Origin: Macrostomum lignano
Lineage: Eukaryota
DNA: 64,000 nucleotides
NCBI GenBank assembly: GCA_002269645.1
Contig: NIVC01000051.1
Span: 620,001 to 684,000 of the forward strand
Direction of reading: 5' to 3'
Under the pieces are notes generated by a model. It worked only from the letters and a program-made list of their open reading frames with translations. It did not search any database and was not told where the DNA came from. Every line of letters begins with the position of its first letter. Within the stretch, counting starts at the first letter, position 1. A program made the position numbers and the translations under genes. Shown one piece after another: positions 22,179-34,600 of this stretch.

Positions 22179-22394
22179 ATGGTGCAGTACGGTGGCAAGT
22201 ACAGTCTGCCTAGGATGATTCTGCGTCGGATTCCTGGCATTTATAAGCCTTTGCTGCTATCTGTGGGAGTCTCAGTGCTTTACTATTATGTAGTGCACAA
22301 GCCCTATAGGCAGCATTTCGCTTACATTAAAGGTCAAACGGCACTGTACAGGAATCGAAAGGTGCCAGAAGGAGAAGATCCCTGGCACTATTGA
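22179..22394 (+). CDS. small single-TM protein (71 aa), NDUFB1/MNLL-like complex I subunit candidate
   Basis: ATG-started compact ORF with one hydrophobic segment (PLLLSVGVSVLYYYVV). The C-terminus KGQTALYRNRKVPEGEDPW resembles, from memory, the NDUFB1 tail pattern (R/K)xxSxL(F/Y)xR...W. Confidence 0.55.
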   Translation: MVQYGGKYSLPRMILRRIPGIYKPLLLSVGVSVLYYYVVHKPYRQHFAYIKGQTALYRNRKVPEGEDPWHY

Positions 22395-22779
22395 TTTATT
22401 GACAACTTCGTAATCGATTAAATAGAATTACCCTTTAAACTGTGGACACCTTTGTTTTAGGATAGGAATCCTTTTAAAAAATTTAGCAACTAGAAATTGT
22501 AGAGTTTTTGTAGCTTTTCCGGGTGTTCTTTTTCCGGCGTCCTATCAATGGTAGAATTACTATTACAACTACATATTCTGTTTACTATATTGCTTGTATT
22601 GCCTGCTTAAAACAGTAAATAAATGTTGGAAAAATTTCACCACCTTGAGTTAATTTCAAATCATTGTTTGTGTTTGTTTTGCCACATTTTAGTTACATGT
22701 AGTTTTCGTAGTATACTTGAGGTTACCCAGCTTAGTAGTATGATTATAGATGCGACATTTTATTACTTACTTACTAATG

Positions 22780-23290
22780 GGGGGGCGCAGGCGTCGCGAT
22801 TAAGCCGCGAAGTCCCCATTGCGGGATTGTAGTCGGGAGCTTTGCAGAGGAGGCATCGGTGACCCTCATCTGGCCGTTATTTCGGACGAAGGTCACGGAT
22901 GTTGTCCGGGGTGGGGTAGTCAGGTCGTCCATCCTCTAAAGTACTGAAGGTGACGTCATGCTCTGCAGTCTCCTCTCTTCTATGCCACAGAAAGGATCGG
23001 TGGGAGGGCAACCAGTTTGCGACGAGATATGTCTCTGGAAGAATCCATGACCGGTTAGGACCATGCGCATCTCCCTGAGATTGGTTCTGTTAAGTGAGAT
23101 CAGATATTCAGAGACTTCCCGGTTCAGGTCTGCCTATAGTCAGTGCAACTGCTCCAGTGGAGCTGGTGTTGCTGGTGGAGCCACCTGTTAAAATGGGTTG
23201 TGATTTGCGACCTAGGCGTGGGTAGCCTCATCAGACGGTGATTGCCGTCTTGGTTTGCCCTGCCCTCCTTGGCGAGTAAATCCATTTATA
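22780..23290 (+). mobile_element. GC-richer decayed insertion, possibly a LINE (RTE-like) 3' fragment
   Basis: Composition shift against AT-rich flanks and only fragmentary RTE-like peptides (HAL, CLWKNP). No intact ORF. Confidence 0.25.
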
Positions 23291-23354
23291 TTTATTGACA
23301 TGTTATCAGCATGTATCTATCTATTTATTGCATGTGTTTATTGCAAGAGAAAAA

Positions 23355-26300
23355 ATGGCGCGAGCTCACCGAAGCGACGAAGGAGGCTTAGACGAGGACA
23401 TGAAAAACATCGAATTTGAAACGTCCGAAGATGTCACCATTGCTGTTAGCTTCGAGGATATGAAGCTGAAACCGGAACTGTTGCGCGGTATTTACGCGTA
23501 CGGCTTCGAACGGCCATCGGCTATACAGCAGAGAGCTATTAAACAGATTGTTAGCGGCCGTGATGTTATCGCTCAGGCTCAGAGTGGCACCGGTAAAACG
23601 GCTACTTTCTCCATTTCGGCTCTGCAGGTGATCGATACGCAGACTAGGGAGACTCAGGTGCTCATAATGGCGCCTACTAGAGAGCTGGCCTCGCAGATTC
23701 AGAAGGTAAATTGCAAATGCTGTTAGCTGCTGCTCATGGTTCTGAATATGCAAGTCTGTTATTAGGATATATACGATTAGTCAGTGAATCTACAAGATGA
23801 TAATAGAGATAGGTACTATAGATTAAGAGAATAGGTCTTAGAGCGGATTATAGATTAGGAGAATGGGGGATTAGAGTGGATTATATATTACCAGAATGAG
23901 GCTTAGAGTGGATTGTAGATTAGGAGCACGAGGCTTAGCGTGGATTGTAGATTAGGAGAATGAGTCTGAGTGGATTGTAGATTAGGAGCATGAGGCTTAG
24001 AGTGGATTGTAGATTAGGAGCACGAGGCTTAGCGTGGATTGTAGATTAGGAGAATGAGTCTGAGTGGATTGTAGATTAGGAGCATGAGGCTTAGAGTGGA
24101 TTGTAGATTAGGAGCATGAGGCTTAGAGTGGATTGTAGATTAGGAGCATGAGGCTTAGAGTGGATTGTAGATTAGGAGCATGAGGCTTAGAGTGGAAGTG
24201 GATTGTAGATTAGGAGCATGAGGCTTAGAGTGGATTGTAGATTAGGAGCATGAGGCTTAGAGTGGATTGTAGATTAGGAGCATGAGACTTAGAGTGGATT
24301 GTAGATTAGGAGCATGAGGCTTAGAGTGGATTGTAGATTAGGAGCATGAGGCTTAGAGTGGATTGTAGATTAGGAGCATGAGGCTTAGAGTGGATTATAG
24401 ATTAGGAGCATGAGGCTTAAAGTGGATTGTAGATTAGGAGCATGAGGCTTAGAGTGGATTGTAGATTAGGAGCATGAGGCTTAGAGTGGATTGTAGATTA
24501 GGAGCATGAGGCTTAGAGTGGATTATAGATTAGGAGCATGAGGCTTAGAGTGGATTGTAGATTAGGAGCATGAGGCTTAGAGTGGATTGTAGATTAGGAG
24601 CATGAGGCTTAGAGCGGATTGTAGATTAGGAGCATGAGGCTTAGAGTGGATTGTAGATTAGGAGCATGAGGCTTAGAGTGGATTGTAGACTAGGAGCACG
24701 AGGCTTAGAGTGGATTGTAGATTAGGAGAATGAGGCTTAGAGTGGATTGTAGATTAGGAGCATGAGGCTTAGAGTGATTGTAGATTAGGAGCATGAGGCT
24801 TAGAATGGATTGTAGACTGGGAGCACGAGGCTTAGAGTGGATTGTAGATTAGGAGAATGAGGCTTAGAGTGGATTGTAGATTAGGAGCATGAGGCTTAGA
24901 GTGGATTGTAGATTAGGAGCATGAGGCTTAGAGTGGATTGTAGATTAGGAGCATGAGGCTTAGAGTGGATTGTAGATTAGGAGCATGAGGCTTAGAGTGG
25001 ATTGTAGATTAGGAGCATGAGGCTTAGAGTGGATTGTAGATTAGGAGCATGAGGCTTAGAGTGGAAGTGGATTGTAGATTAGGAGCATGAGGCTTAGAGT
25101 GGATTGTAGATTAGGAGCATGAGGCTTAGAGTGGATTGTAGATTAGGAGCATGAGACTTAGAGTGGATTGTAGATTAGGAGCATGAGGCTTAGAGTGGAT
25201 TGTAGATTAGGAGCATGAGGCTTAGAGTGGATTGTAGATTAGGAGCATGAGGCTTAGAGTGGAAGTGGATTGTAGATTAGGAGCATGAGGCTTAGAGTGG
25301 ATTGTAGATTAGGAGCATGAGGCTTAGAATGGATTGTAGACTGGGAGCACGAGGCTTAGAGTGGATTGTAGATTAGGAGAATGAGGCTTAGAGTGGATTG
25401 TAGATTAGGAGCATGAGGCTTAGAGTGGATTGTAGATTAGGAGAATGATGCTTAGTGGGATTACTGATCGAGATCTGTGGGGTTATAAAGCCGTATTATG
25501 GTTTTAGAAGATGCGTATCGGAGCGGAGCTCACAAAACTGCCTTTCAAAACAAATTCAAACCCTGTTAAGGTGGTGCTAGCCATCGGCGACTACATGAAC
25601 GTTCAATGCCACGCCTCCTACGGCGGTACAAACGTTGGCGAGGATATGCGCAAGTTGGACTACGGCCAGCACATTGTTGCCGGCACTCCCGGTCGCGTGT
25701 TGGACATGATTCGCCGGCGGAACCTCCGAACTCGGGCTATTCGAATGCTAATCTTGGACGAGGCCGACGAAATGCTTGATAAAGGATTTAAGGAGCAAAT
25801 TTACGACGTCTATCGCTATTTGCCACCTGGGACTCAGGTGAAATTTTTGGTTAAATGCGCACAGAAATATGGCTAAAATATGTACACTTTTGCCTAGTCC
25901 CGATGTACACATACGAGTACACACGCCTCCCAACCCCATTCCGTCTACCCCCAGTGTACACACGCCTCCCAACCCCATTCCGTCTACCCCCAGTGTACAC
26001 ACGCCTCCCAACCCCATTCCGTCTACCCCCAGTGTACACACGCCTCCCAACCCCATTCCGTCTACCCCCAGTGTACACTCGCCACTCAACCCCATTCTGT
26101 CTAGCCCCAATGTACACACGCCTCCCAACCCCATTCTGTCTAGCCCCAATGTCCACTCGCCTCCCAACCCCATTCCGTCTAGCCCCAATGTACACTCGCC
26201 TCCCAACCCCATTCTGTCTAGCCCCAATGTCCACTCGCCTCCCAACCCCATTCTGTCTAGCCCCAATGTCCACTCGCCTCCCAACCCCATTCCGTCTAGC

Positions 26301-27682
26301 CCCAATGTACACACGCCTCCCAACCCCATTCCGTCTAGCCCCAATGTATGCACGCCTCCAACCCCCATATTCCGTCTAGCCTTAATGTACACTCGCCACT
26401 CAACCCCATTCTGTCTAGCCCCAATGTATGCACGCCTCCCAACCCCCATATTCCGTCTAGCCTCAATGTACACTCGCCACTCAACCCCATTCTGTCTAGC
26501 CCCAATGTACACTCGCCACTCAACCCCATTCTGTCTAGCCCCAATGTATGCACGCCTCCCAACCCCCAAATTCCGTCTAGCCTTAATGTACACTCGCCAC
26601 TCAAACCCATTCCGTCTGGCCCCAATGTACACACGCACCTCAAAATTCCATTTCAATAAGATAATAGTACATTCTTATTGTTATTCTTAACTTTACTCTA
26701 ACCCCAATGCTTAGGTGGTCCTCGTAAGTGCCACTCTGCCGCACGAGATCCTTGAGATGACATCAAAATTCATGAGCAATCCAGTTCGCATCCTGGTGAA
26801 ACGCGACGAGCTTACCCTGGAGGGTATTCGACAATTCTTTGTTGCCGTCGAACGCGAAGAGTGGAAATACGACACGCTTATTGACCTGTACGGCACCATG
26901 ACTATCTCGCAGGCCGTGATCTTTTGCAATACGAAGCGCAAGGTTGAATGGCTTGCCGAGAAGATGTTGGTAAGCTGTTAAAGTGAATGGCTGCTAATTT
27001 TGCTTCGCTCAGGTAGTTTGCAAAGGGCTTTGGGCCCTGCCGAAATTTCGTACGCTTTGTCCTTCAATTGTCTGTCTACCACATCTTCCTCCATCAGTTG
27101 CCTGTCACTTCCGTTTCTTTTTGTCCATCAGTTGTCTGTCACTTGCGTTTCTATTTGTCCCTCAGTTATCTGTCACTTCCGTATCTTTTTGTCCATCAGT
27201 TATCTGTCACTACGTATTTTTTGTCTATCAGTTGCCTGTCACTTTCGTCTCTCTTTGTCCATCAGTCGTCTGTCACTCCATCTCTAGCCCATCGGCGTGC
27301 TAATTCCTCTCAATCCGAACCGCAACGCACCAACCCGCAGGAGGCGAACTTCACAGTCTCCATGATGCACGGCGACATGCCGCAGAAGGAGCGCGAAGCA
27401 ATTATGAAAGACTTTCGCGCCACAGTTACCCGCCTGCTAATTACCACCGACGTGTGGGCTCGCGGCATCGATGTCAAGCAGGTGTCTCTGGTCATTAATT
27501 ACGATCTGCCTAATAATCGCGAGCTCTACATTCATCGAATTGGTCGATCTGGTCGATTCGGCCGCCGTGGAGTCGCTATTAGCTTTGTGAAAACTGACGA
27601 CATCAAAATTCTGCGAGATATTGAGCAGTACTACTCAACCCAGATTGACGAGATGCCAATGAACGTTGCCGATCTTATCTGA
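23355..27682 (+). CDS. EIF4A3: eIF4A-III DEAD-box helicase (exon junction complex core), 404 aa
   Basis: Exons 23355-23705, 25571-25837, 26715-26969, 27341-27682, all phase 0 and GT-AG. Motifs: [36 protein letters not shown], and the eIF4A3-specific end [17 protein letters not shown]. Confidence 0.97.
23870..25460. repeat. 32-bp minisatellite in EIF4A3 intron 1 (TGGATTGTAGATTAGGAGCATGAGGCTTAGAG)
   Basis: About 48 units. Confidence 0.97.
25915..26635. repeat. 39-bp C-rich minisatellite in EIF4A3 intron 2
   Basis: CACGCCTCCCAACCCCATTCCGTCTACCCCCAGTGTACA units. Confidence 0.95.
27060..27280. repeat. degenerate ~35-bp repeat in EIF4A3 intron 3
   Basis: Recurrent TTTGTCCATCAGTT.TCTGTCACT. Confidence 0.75.
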
Positions 27683-28416
27683 ACGCACGAGCCCGTCTCT
27701 CTGTGCGTGAACTTTGACCAACCAGTTAATAAAATCTTTTTAAATCTCGTTTTTTAACAGAAATTAAAGTGGACAAATTTCATTGCCGCAACGCACTACT
27801 TACACTGTTAGTAATAAAAGTAGTTTAATAAGTAGTAAAAGCATCTTTTTTGAGGCATTTTTAAAAAAAACGCGTGCGTTTTTACTAGGTAGTTGGTTTG
27901 CGATAACTTAGGCCTGTCATCGCGTTTTATTAACATTTTAACAACTATTCGTGTTAGTAAAGTTTTTGTTGAAGCCCTGTTGTATGTACTGCTAATTATT
28001 AATTAATGATAATTTGACAAGTCCTGTCCGGAATATAGGTAATTTTTTGCATTCAAATGAACCGGTTCAATCTGCAGCAAATTGTCCGGCAGGCAAAACA
28101 ATAAAACATGCTTGTGTTTGTCTGTGCTTACTGTAATTAAGTTTCTTTATCACTGTTTTTATGGTGCAACAAGTATCTGGTTAATTTTATTTATTTTGAG
28201 CAATTTAGTGAGGATAATATTAGAAAACTCATTGTTCAGGCATGAATTGACCAATAATATTTCACCACCACCTTCTATCCTTAAGAAGTAGCTTCTTTTT
28301 CTATCCTTAGATTTTATGCTTTCAAGTTTAAATTAGGATAAAAGTAGTAATTTAAATAAATATAGACCTGTACAAAAGAAACATCCATCTTTTCCTTTGG
28401 CCAGAAGAACATATTA

Positions 28417-28679
28417 TTGATACATATCGGTCGGCTTCTTCCTAAAAAAATTAGACATATTTTCGACGCTTTTTCTTTAAGTAAGTAAAACGTAGTTTCG
28501 ATACATATCGGCTTTTTCTTTAAGTAGGTGAAATGTAGCTTCGATACATATCGGCAGTTTCGCTAAGTGAAACTTTTTAATGCAGATGTGCAATTTTTAT
28601 TAAGGGTAGCTAAACACGTATTCAATAAGTATGTGCGATTTTTCCTTAGTCTAGTTAAACATTTTCGATACATATCGGC
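28417..28679 (+). repeat. cluster of TTCGATACATATCGGC motifs just upstream of NBAS
   Basis: Copies at 28419 (partial), 28497, 28540 and 28664. Confidence 0.8.
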
Positions 28680-28690
28680 CCACTGGCTAC

Positions 28691-31600
28691 ATGCAGACAT
28701 CGCGTCGAGAAGAATTGATGCCGTCTTCTCCAGTATCTCCGGCCGCTGCTGCAGCAGCTGCTGATTCTTCAAGCGCCTGCGCTAGCAACGATGACGATAC
28801 GTTGCATTACTTCAGAAAACTGCTCAAAGAATGTCGAGTAGACGAAGACTACGACGAATATTTGGCCGACACTGGCCTCGGACAACAATCGCCGCTTCGG
28901 CCAGTGGCTGACAGTCTGTCCGGCCAGTTGATGAACAAACTCTGGTTGAGCGTGTCGCCTCAATTAGTTCCGCCGGAGATTGAGGAGCACAGAGCTACCA
29001 GACTGCCATGGATTATCGCCGTGTCGCCGAACGGTCGACGATTAGCTTTGTTAAAACGTCGCCAATTAGAGCTGTATAGTTTAAAGAGAGGCCTAGATGA
29101 AGCTTTAGTTGTCATAGCAACGCCGCCAGATCAGTTTTGTCAATGGCGACTGATGAGCTGGTCGGCCGATTCCCAATGCATTGCCGTTGCTAATAGCAAC
29201 GGTGGCGTCCTTGTGTTTAACATTCGAGGACAGAAATTATGCGAACTGGCGCCTGAACAGGTGAGGGGATTTCTACAGGCTTTTCTAAATTGAGACTTAA
29301 TCAGATGCGGAGTTGGAATTCCAGGATTCTATGATAAAGCCGTCCGTATGATGTTGAGTTGGGAGTCTTGGAATGCTGAGTTGTAGTCTTGGGATGCTGA
29401 GTTGTAGTCTTGGGATGCTGAGTTGTAGTCTTGGGATGCTGAGTTGTAGTCTTGGGATGCTGAGTTGTAGTCTTGGGATGCTGAGTTGTAGTCTTGGGAT
29501 GCTGAGTTGGGAGTCTTAGGATGCTGAGATGGGAGTCTTGGGATGCTAGTTGTAAGTCTTGGAATGCTGAGTTAGGAGTCTTGGGATGCTGAGTTGGAAT
29601 TCCAAGATTCTATAATGGAGCCGTATGATGCTGAGTTGGGAGTCCTGAGTTGCTGAGATGGAGTCTTAGAAAGCTGATCTGATTAGTCGTGGGATTCTTA
29701 GTTTGAAATTTCTGGATTCTGAGTTTCAAGTGTTGTTATTCCTAAATTGAAATTGTTCGATTGAAATACACTACTCGTAACTATTCATTTGGTACCCCGC
29801 CCGCGCAGGTGACCGACAATCCGTCGGGCTGTCCTCTGGCCTTCTTAATGCTAGAATCTGGCGGCGGTGGAGACGGCGGCTCTACCAGCGGCGGAGTGAT
29901 TGTACTTTTCACAGTGTCCATATCCGGCATGTTAAAGCAGTTTCTATTGGATCTGCAACAGCCGCCGCAGCAGCAGCAACAACAGCAACAGTTTCCTCAA
30001 ACTGAACCGCCGCAGTGTTTAAGCGCTTATAATATACGCGACCGAGTTGCTGGCCAACCGGTGTTTTGCGGCTGCTACGATTCTGTGTCTGGCACTCTGG
30101 CTCTTGGCACTTGCACTATGCGGCATAGTCCTACCCTGTCTGCTCCGCTGCAGCACGGTATTCAGTTGTGGCGTAGGATCAGCGAGTTTCCATTTATTAA
30201 AGTGAGATAGCGAATTGAATGTAAAATTTAATCAATTGGCTAATGGCTGTGCACACTGTGCTCTAGAAGTTGATTAGTTAGGGACTGTGTACATTGAAGG
30301 GTAGAGGTTGGTTAGGGACTGTGTACATTGAAGGGTGTAGAGGTTGGTTAGGGACTGTGTACATTGAAGGGTAAAGGTTGGTTAGGGACTGTGTACATTG
30401 AAGGGTGTAGAGGTTGGTTAGGGACTGTACATTGTAGGGTGTAGAGGTTGGTTAGGGACTGTGTACATTGTAGGGTAGAGGTTATTGGTTAGGGGCTGTA
30501 CATTGTGGGGTAAAGGTTGGTTAGGGACTGTACATTGTGGGGTAGAGGTTATTGGTTAGGGACTGTACATTGTGTGGTAGAGGTTATTGGTTAGGGACTG
30601 TACATTATGGGGTAGTTATTGGTTAGGGACTGTACATTGTAGGGTAGAGGTTTGTTAAGCTGTGTACATTCTAGGGTTGTTTAAGGACTATGTACATTCT
30701 ATGTGGGAGCCCTAAGCCGCGGCAAAAAACCAAAAGCACCTGGAATATTTATTTAATTGCTTAATTATAACTATCATTTCGCAGGCCTCCCTAGCCCTAG
30801 AGGAGGACATGATTGAGCTTGGCCGATCCCGCCGTTTACTAGCCTCTGTACTATTGCGCAATCGCAGTCGAACCGATTGCGTCACCTCTATGGCCCTATC
30901 GCCAGACGGTTTCAAATTAGCCGCTAGTTACGCCTACGGCTGCGTGTCTGTTTGGACATTTCCGGCTGGGAATTTGATAGCAACATTTTCCCTAGCCGAA
31001 CAGTGCCTGTCGAGTGTTCGGAGTCCGCATCTGTCTCGCACCAGAGTGCTTGGCGTGCCCAGGCGGTTGTATCCGGGCAAGCCCGGCGACCGGCCCTCCG
31101 GAGTTGAATGGTGGTCAGAGGCTGTGCTAATTATTGTCCGAACTAACGGCTCGGTCAGCCTGTTGGACGCGGCCACCTGTCAATCAATAATGGGATCTTC
31201 GCCTGAATGGTTCGAGCCGTATCCGGCGGTGACGCCGCCGCAGGCAGGCCAGTTTCTCATATTGGAATGCGAAGTCAGAAAGCGGCGAGCGAGGCGACGA
31301 AGATTGACGTCGGGTGGACAGGTGGGTGTCTGTCTTTTTGGTGGGGGGTATTTATACGTTTTGAGAATTCACATTGATTGTATACGAGAAGTTGAGAGAG
31401 TGACGAAATGAGAAACTGATAAGATTAGCGAACGATTAGAGTGATAAGATCCGAGAGTGATAAGGTCAGAGAGTGATCAGGTCAGAGAGTGATCAGGTTA
31501 GATAGTGATCAGGTCAGAGAGTGATCAGGTCAGAGAGTGATCAGGTCAGAGAGTGATCAGGTCAGCGAGTGATAGGGTCAGACTAATAAGATCCGAGTGA

Positions 31601-34600
31601 TAGGTCAGAGAGTGATCAGGTCAGAAAGTGATCAGGTCAGAGAGTGATCAGGTTAGAGAGTGATAAGGTCAGAGAGTGATCAGGTCAGCGAGTGATAAGG
31701 TCAGAAAGTGATAAGGTCAGAGAGTGATAAGGTCAGAGAGTGATCAGGTCAGAGAGTGATAAGGTCAGAGAGTGATCAGGTCAGAGAGTGATCAGGTCAG
31801 AGAGTGATCAGGTTAGAGAGTGATAAGGTCAGAGAGTGATCAGGTCAGAGAGTGATCAGGTCAGATAGTGATAAGGTCAGAGAGTGATAAGGTCAGAGAG
31901 TGATCAGGTCAGAGAGTGATCAGGTTAGAGAGTGATAAGGCCAGAGAGTGATCAGGTCAGAGAGTGATCAGGTCAGAGAGTGATCAGGTCAGAGAGTGAT
32001 CAGGTCAGAGAGTGATAATGTCAGAGAGTGATCAGGTCAGAAAGTGATCAGGTCAGAGAGTGATCAGGTCAGAGAGTGATAATGTCAGAGAGTGATCAGG
32101 TCAGAAAGTGATAAGGTCAGAGAGTGATCAGGTCAGAGAGTGATCAGGTCAGAAAGTGATAAGGTCAGAGAGTGATAAGGTCAGAGAGTGATCAGGTCAG
32201 AGAGTGATCAGGTCAGAAAGTGATAAGGTCAGAGAGTGATCAGGTCAGAGAGTGATAAGGTCAGAGAGTGATAAGGTCAGCGAGTGATAGGGTCAGACTA
32301 ATAAGATCCGAGTGATCAGGTCAGAGAGTGATCAGGTTAGAGAGTGATCAGGTCAGAGAGTGATCAGGTCAGAGAGTGATCAGGTCAGAGAGTGATCAGG
32401 TCAGAGAGTGATCAGGTCAGAAAGTGATAAGGTCAGAGAGTGATAAGGTCAGAGAGTGATAAGGTCAGAGAGTGATCAGGTCAGCGAGTGATAGGGTCAG
32501 ACTAATAAGATCCGAGTGATAGGTCAGAGAGTGATCAGGTCAGAAAGTGATCAGGTCAGAGAGTGATAAGGTCAGAAAGTGATAAGGTCAGAGAGTGATA
32601 AGGTCAGAGAGTGATCAGGTCAGAGAGTGATCAGGTCAGAGAGTGATAAGGTCAGAGAGTGATCAGGTTAGAGAGTGATCAGGTCAGAGAGTGATCAGGT
32701 CAGAGAGTGATCAGGTCAGAGAGTGATAAGGTCAGAGAGTGATCAGGTCAGAGAGTGATCAGGTCAGAGAGTGATCAGGTCAGAGAGTGATCAGGTCAGA
32801 GAGTGATAAGGTCAGAGAGTGATAATGTCAGCGAGTGATAGGGTCAGACTAATAAGATCCGAGTGATAAGGTCAGAGAGTGATAAGATCCGAGAGTGATA
32901 GGGTCCGAGAGTGATAAACTCAGGGAGTGATCAGGTCATGGAGTAACTAAATCTGTGTGACCAGATTCAGAACACCCAAAGCTTGAGTATAACAAGATTG
33001 TAGTGGCCAGATTAAGTAAAATATATAATTAGACTTAGTCAATCCTATCGACAAATCCAGACTGACTCCGCCGACGATCGACAAGCCGACGATGCCGCCG
33101 ACTACGATGACGATGACGACGACGATGACCGAGACGAAGAAGGCAGAGACGGCGGCCTTGTCGGTTCGGCTAGCCGGGCGGCTTACCGAGCGGCTCACGG
33201 GTTGCTATGGGCAACCGGAGTGGGCTTGAAGCGCCTATTCACCGTTGACGGAGGCGGCGGCAGCGGCGGCGACAACGGCGATTTCGACAGCCCGTCGTCG
33301 TCGAAGCGCAGTCGGTACACGGCGTCGAGAGACTATCGAATCGTGTGCTTTAAACGGACCTCACCCGCCGAGCTGTTCCAGTGGAAACTGGACTCGGACG
33401 AATACGGAGAAGCCCTGTTGCTAGCCAGAAACTACGGCTTGGATACCGATTTAGTGTATCAGCGGCAGTGGCAAATGTCTCTGATGACTCGGTCGGCTAT
33501 TGACGATTTTCTAGTTCGGATTAACAAGCGGCACTGGGTGCTGCACGAGTGCCTGCATCGGGTGCCGAAAGATTTGGACTCGGCTAGGGATCTGTTAGAG
33601 TTCGGCCTGAGGGCTACTGATGTCGACTGCTTCACTGCTATTGGCGAGGGCGAGGATCAGGGCCGGCTAGTGCTCACGGATGCCAATATCTATGCTGAGA
33701 TGAACTATACTGGGGAGAGGCTGACTGCTCAGGAGGAGCGCGACAGATTGAAGCGAAATGAAGAGGTGATTTGGATTGTCGGGAGAGCTGTTTTTCATTG
33801 CCTTTTTAGGTCATTCGGGTGTTTTTAGGCCGCTTTGTACCTCCCTGATCCTTCAGTTAGTTGCCACTTTGCCCCTTCCCACCCTCCCTGATCCTTCAGT
33901 TGGTTGCCACTTTGCGCTCCACCCCGACCCTCCCCGATCCTTCAGTTGGTTGCCACTTTGCGCTCCACCCCGACTCTCCCCGATCCTTCAGTTGGTTGCC
34001 ACTTTGCGCTCCACCCCGACCCTCCCCGATCCTTCAGTTGGTTGCCACTTTGCTCCTCCATCCCGACCCTCCCCGATCCTTTAGTTGGTTGCCACTTTGC
34101 GCTCCACCCCGACCCTCCCCGATCTTTTAGTTGGTTGCCACTTTGCGCTCCACCCCGACCCTCCCCGATCTTTAAGTTGGTTGTCACTTTGCCCCTCCAC
34201 ACCCTCCCTCATCCTTCATTTGGTTATCGCTGTGCCCTTCCACACCCTCCCCGATCCTTCAGTTGGTTGCCACTTTGCGCTCCACCCCAACCCTCCCCGA
34301 TCCTTTAGTTGGTTGCCACTTTGCGCTCCACCCCAAGCCTCCCCGATCCTTCAGTTGGTTGCCACTTTGCGCTCCACCCCAACCATCCCCGATCCTTTAG
34401 TTGGTTGCCACTTTGCGCTCCACCCCAACCCTCCCTGATCCTTCAGTTGGTTGTCACTTTGCCCCTCCACACCCTCCCTCATCCTTCAGTTGGTTGTCAC
34501 TTTGCCCCTCCACACCCTCCCTGATCCTTCAGTTGGTTGTCTCTGTGCCCTTCCACACCCTCCCTCATCCTTCAGTTGGTTGTCACTTTGCCCCTCTACA

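Noticed and set aside
25748-26690. Repetitive ORFs in EIF4A3 intron 2
   Set aside because: The 39-bp repeat is divisible by 3, and the region is intronic in a phase-consistent model.
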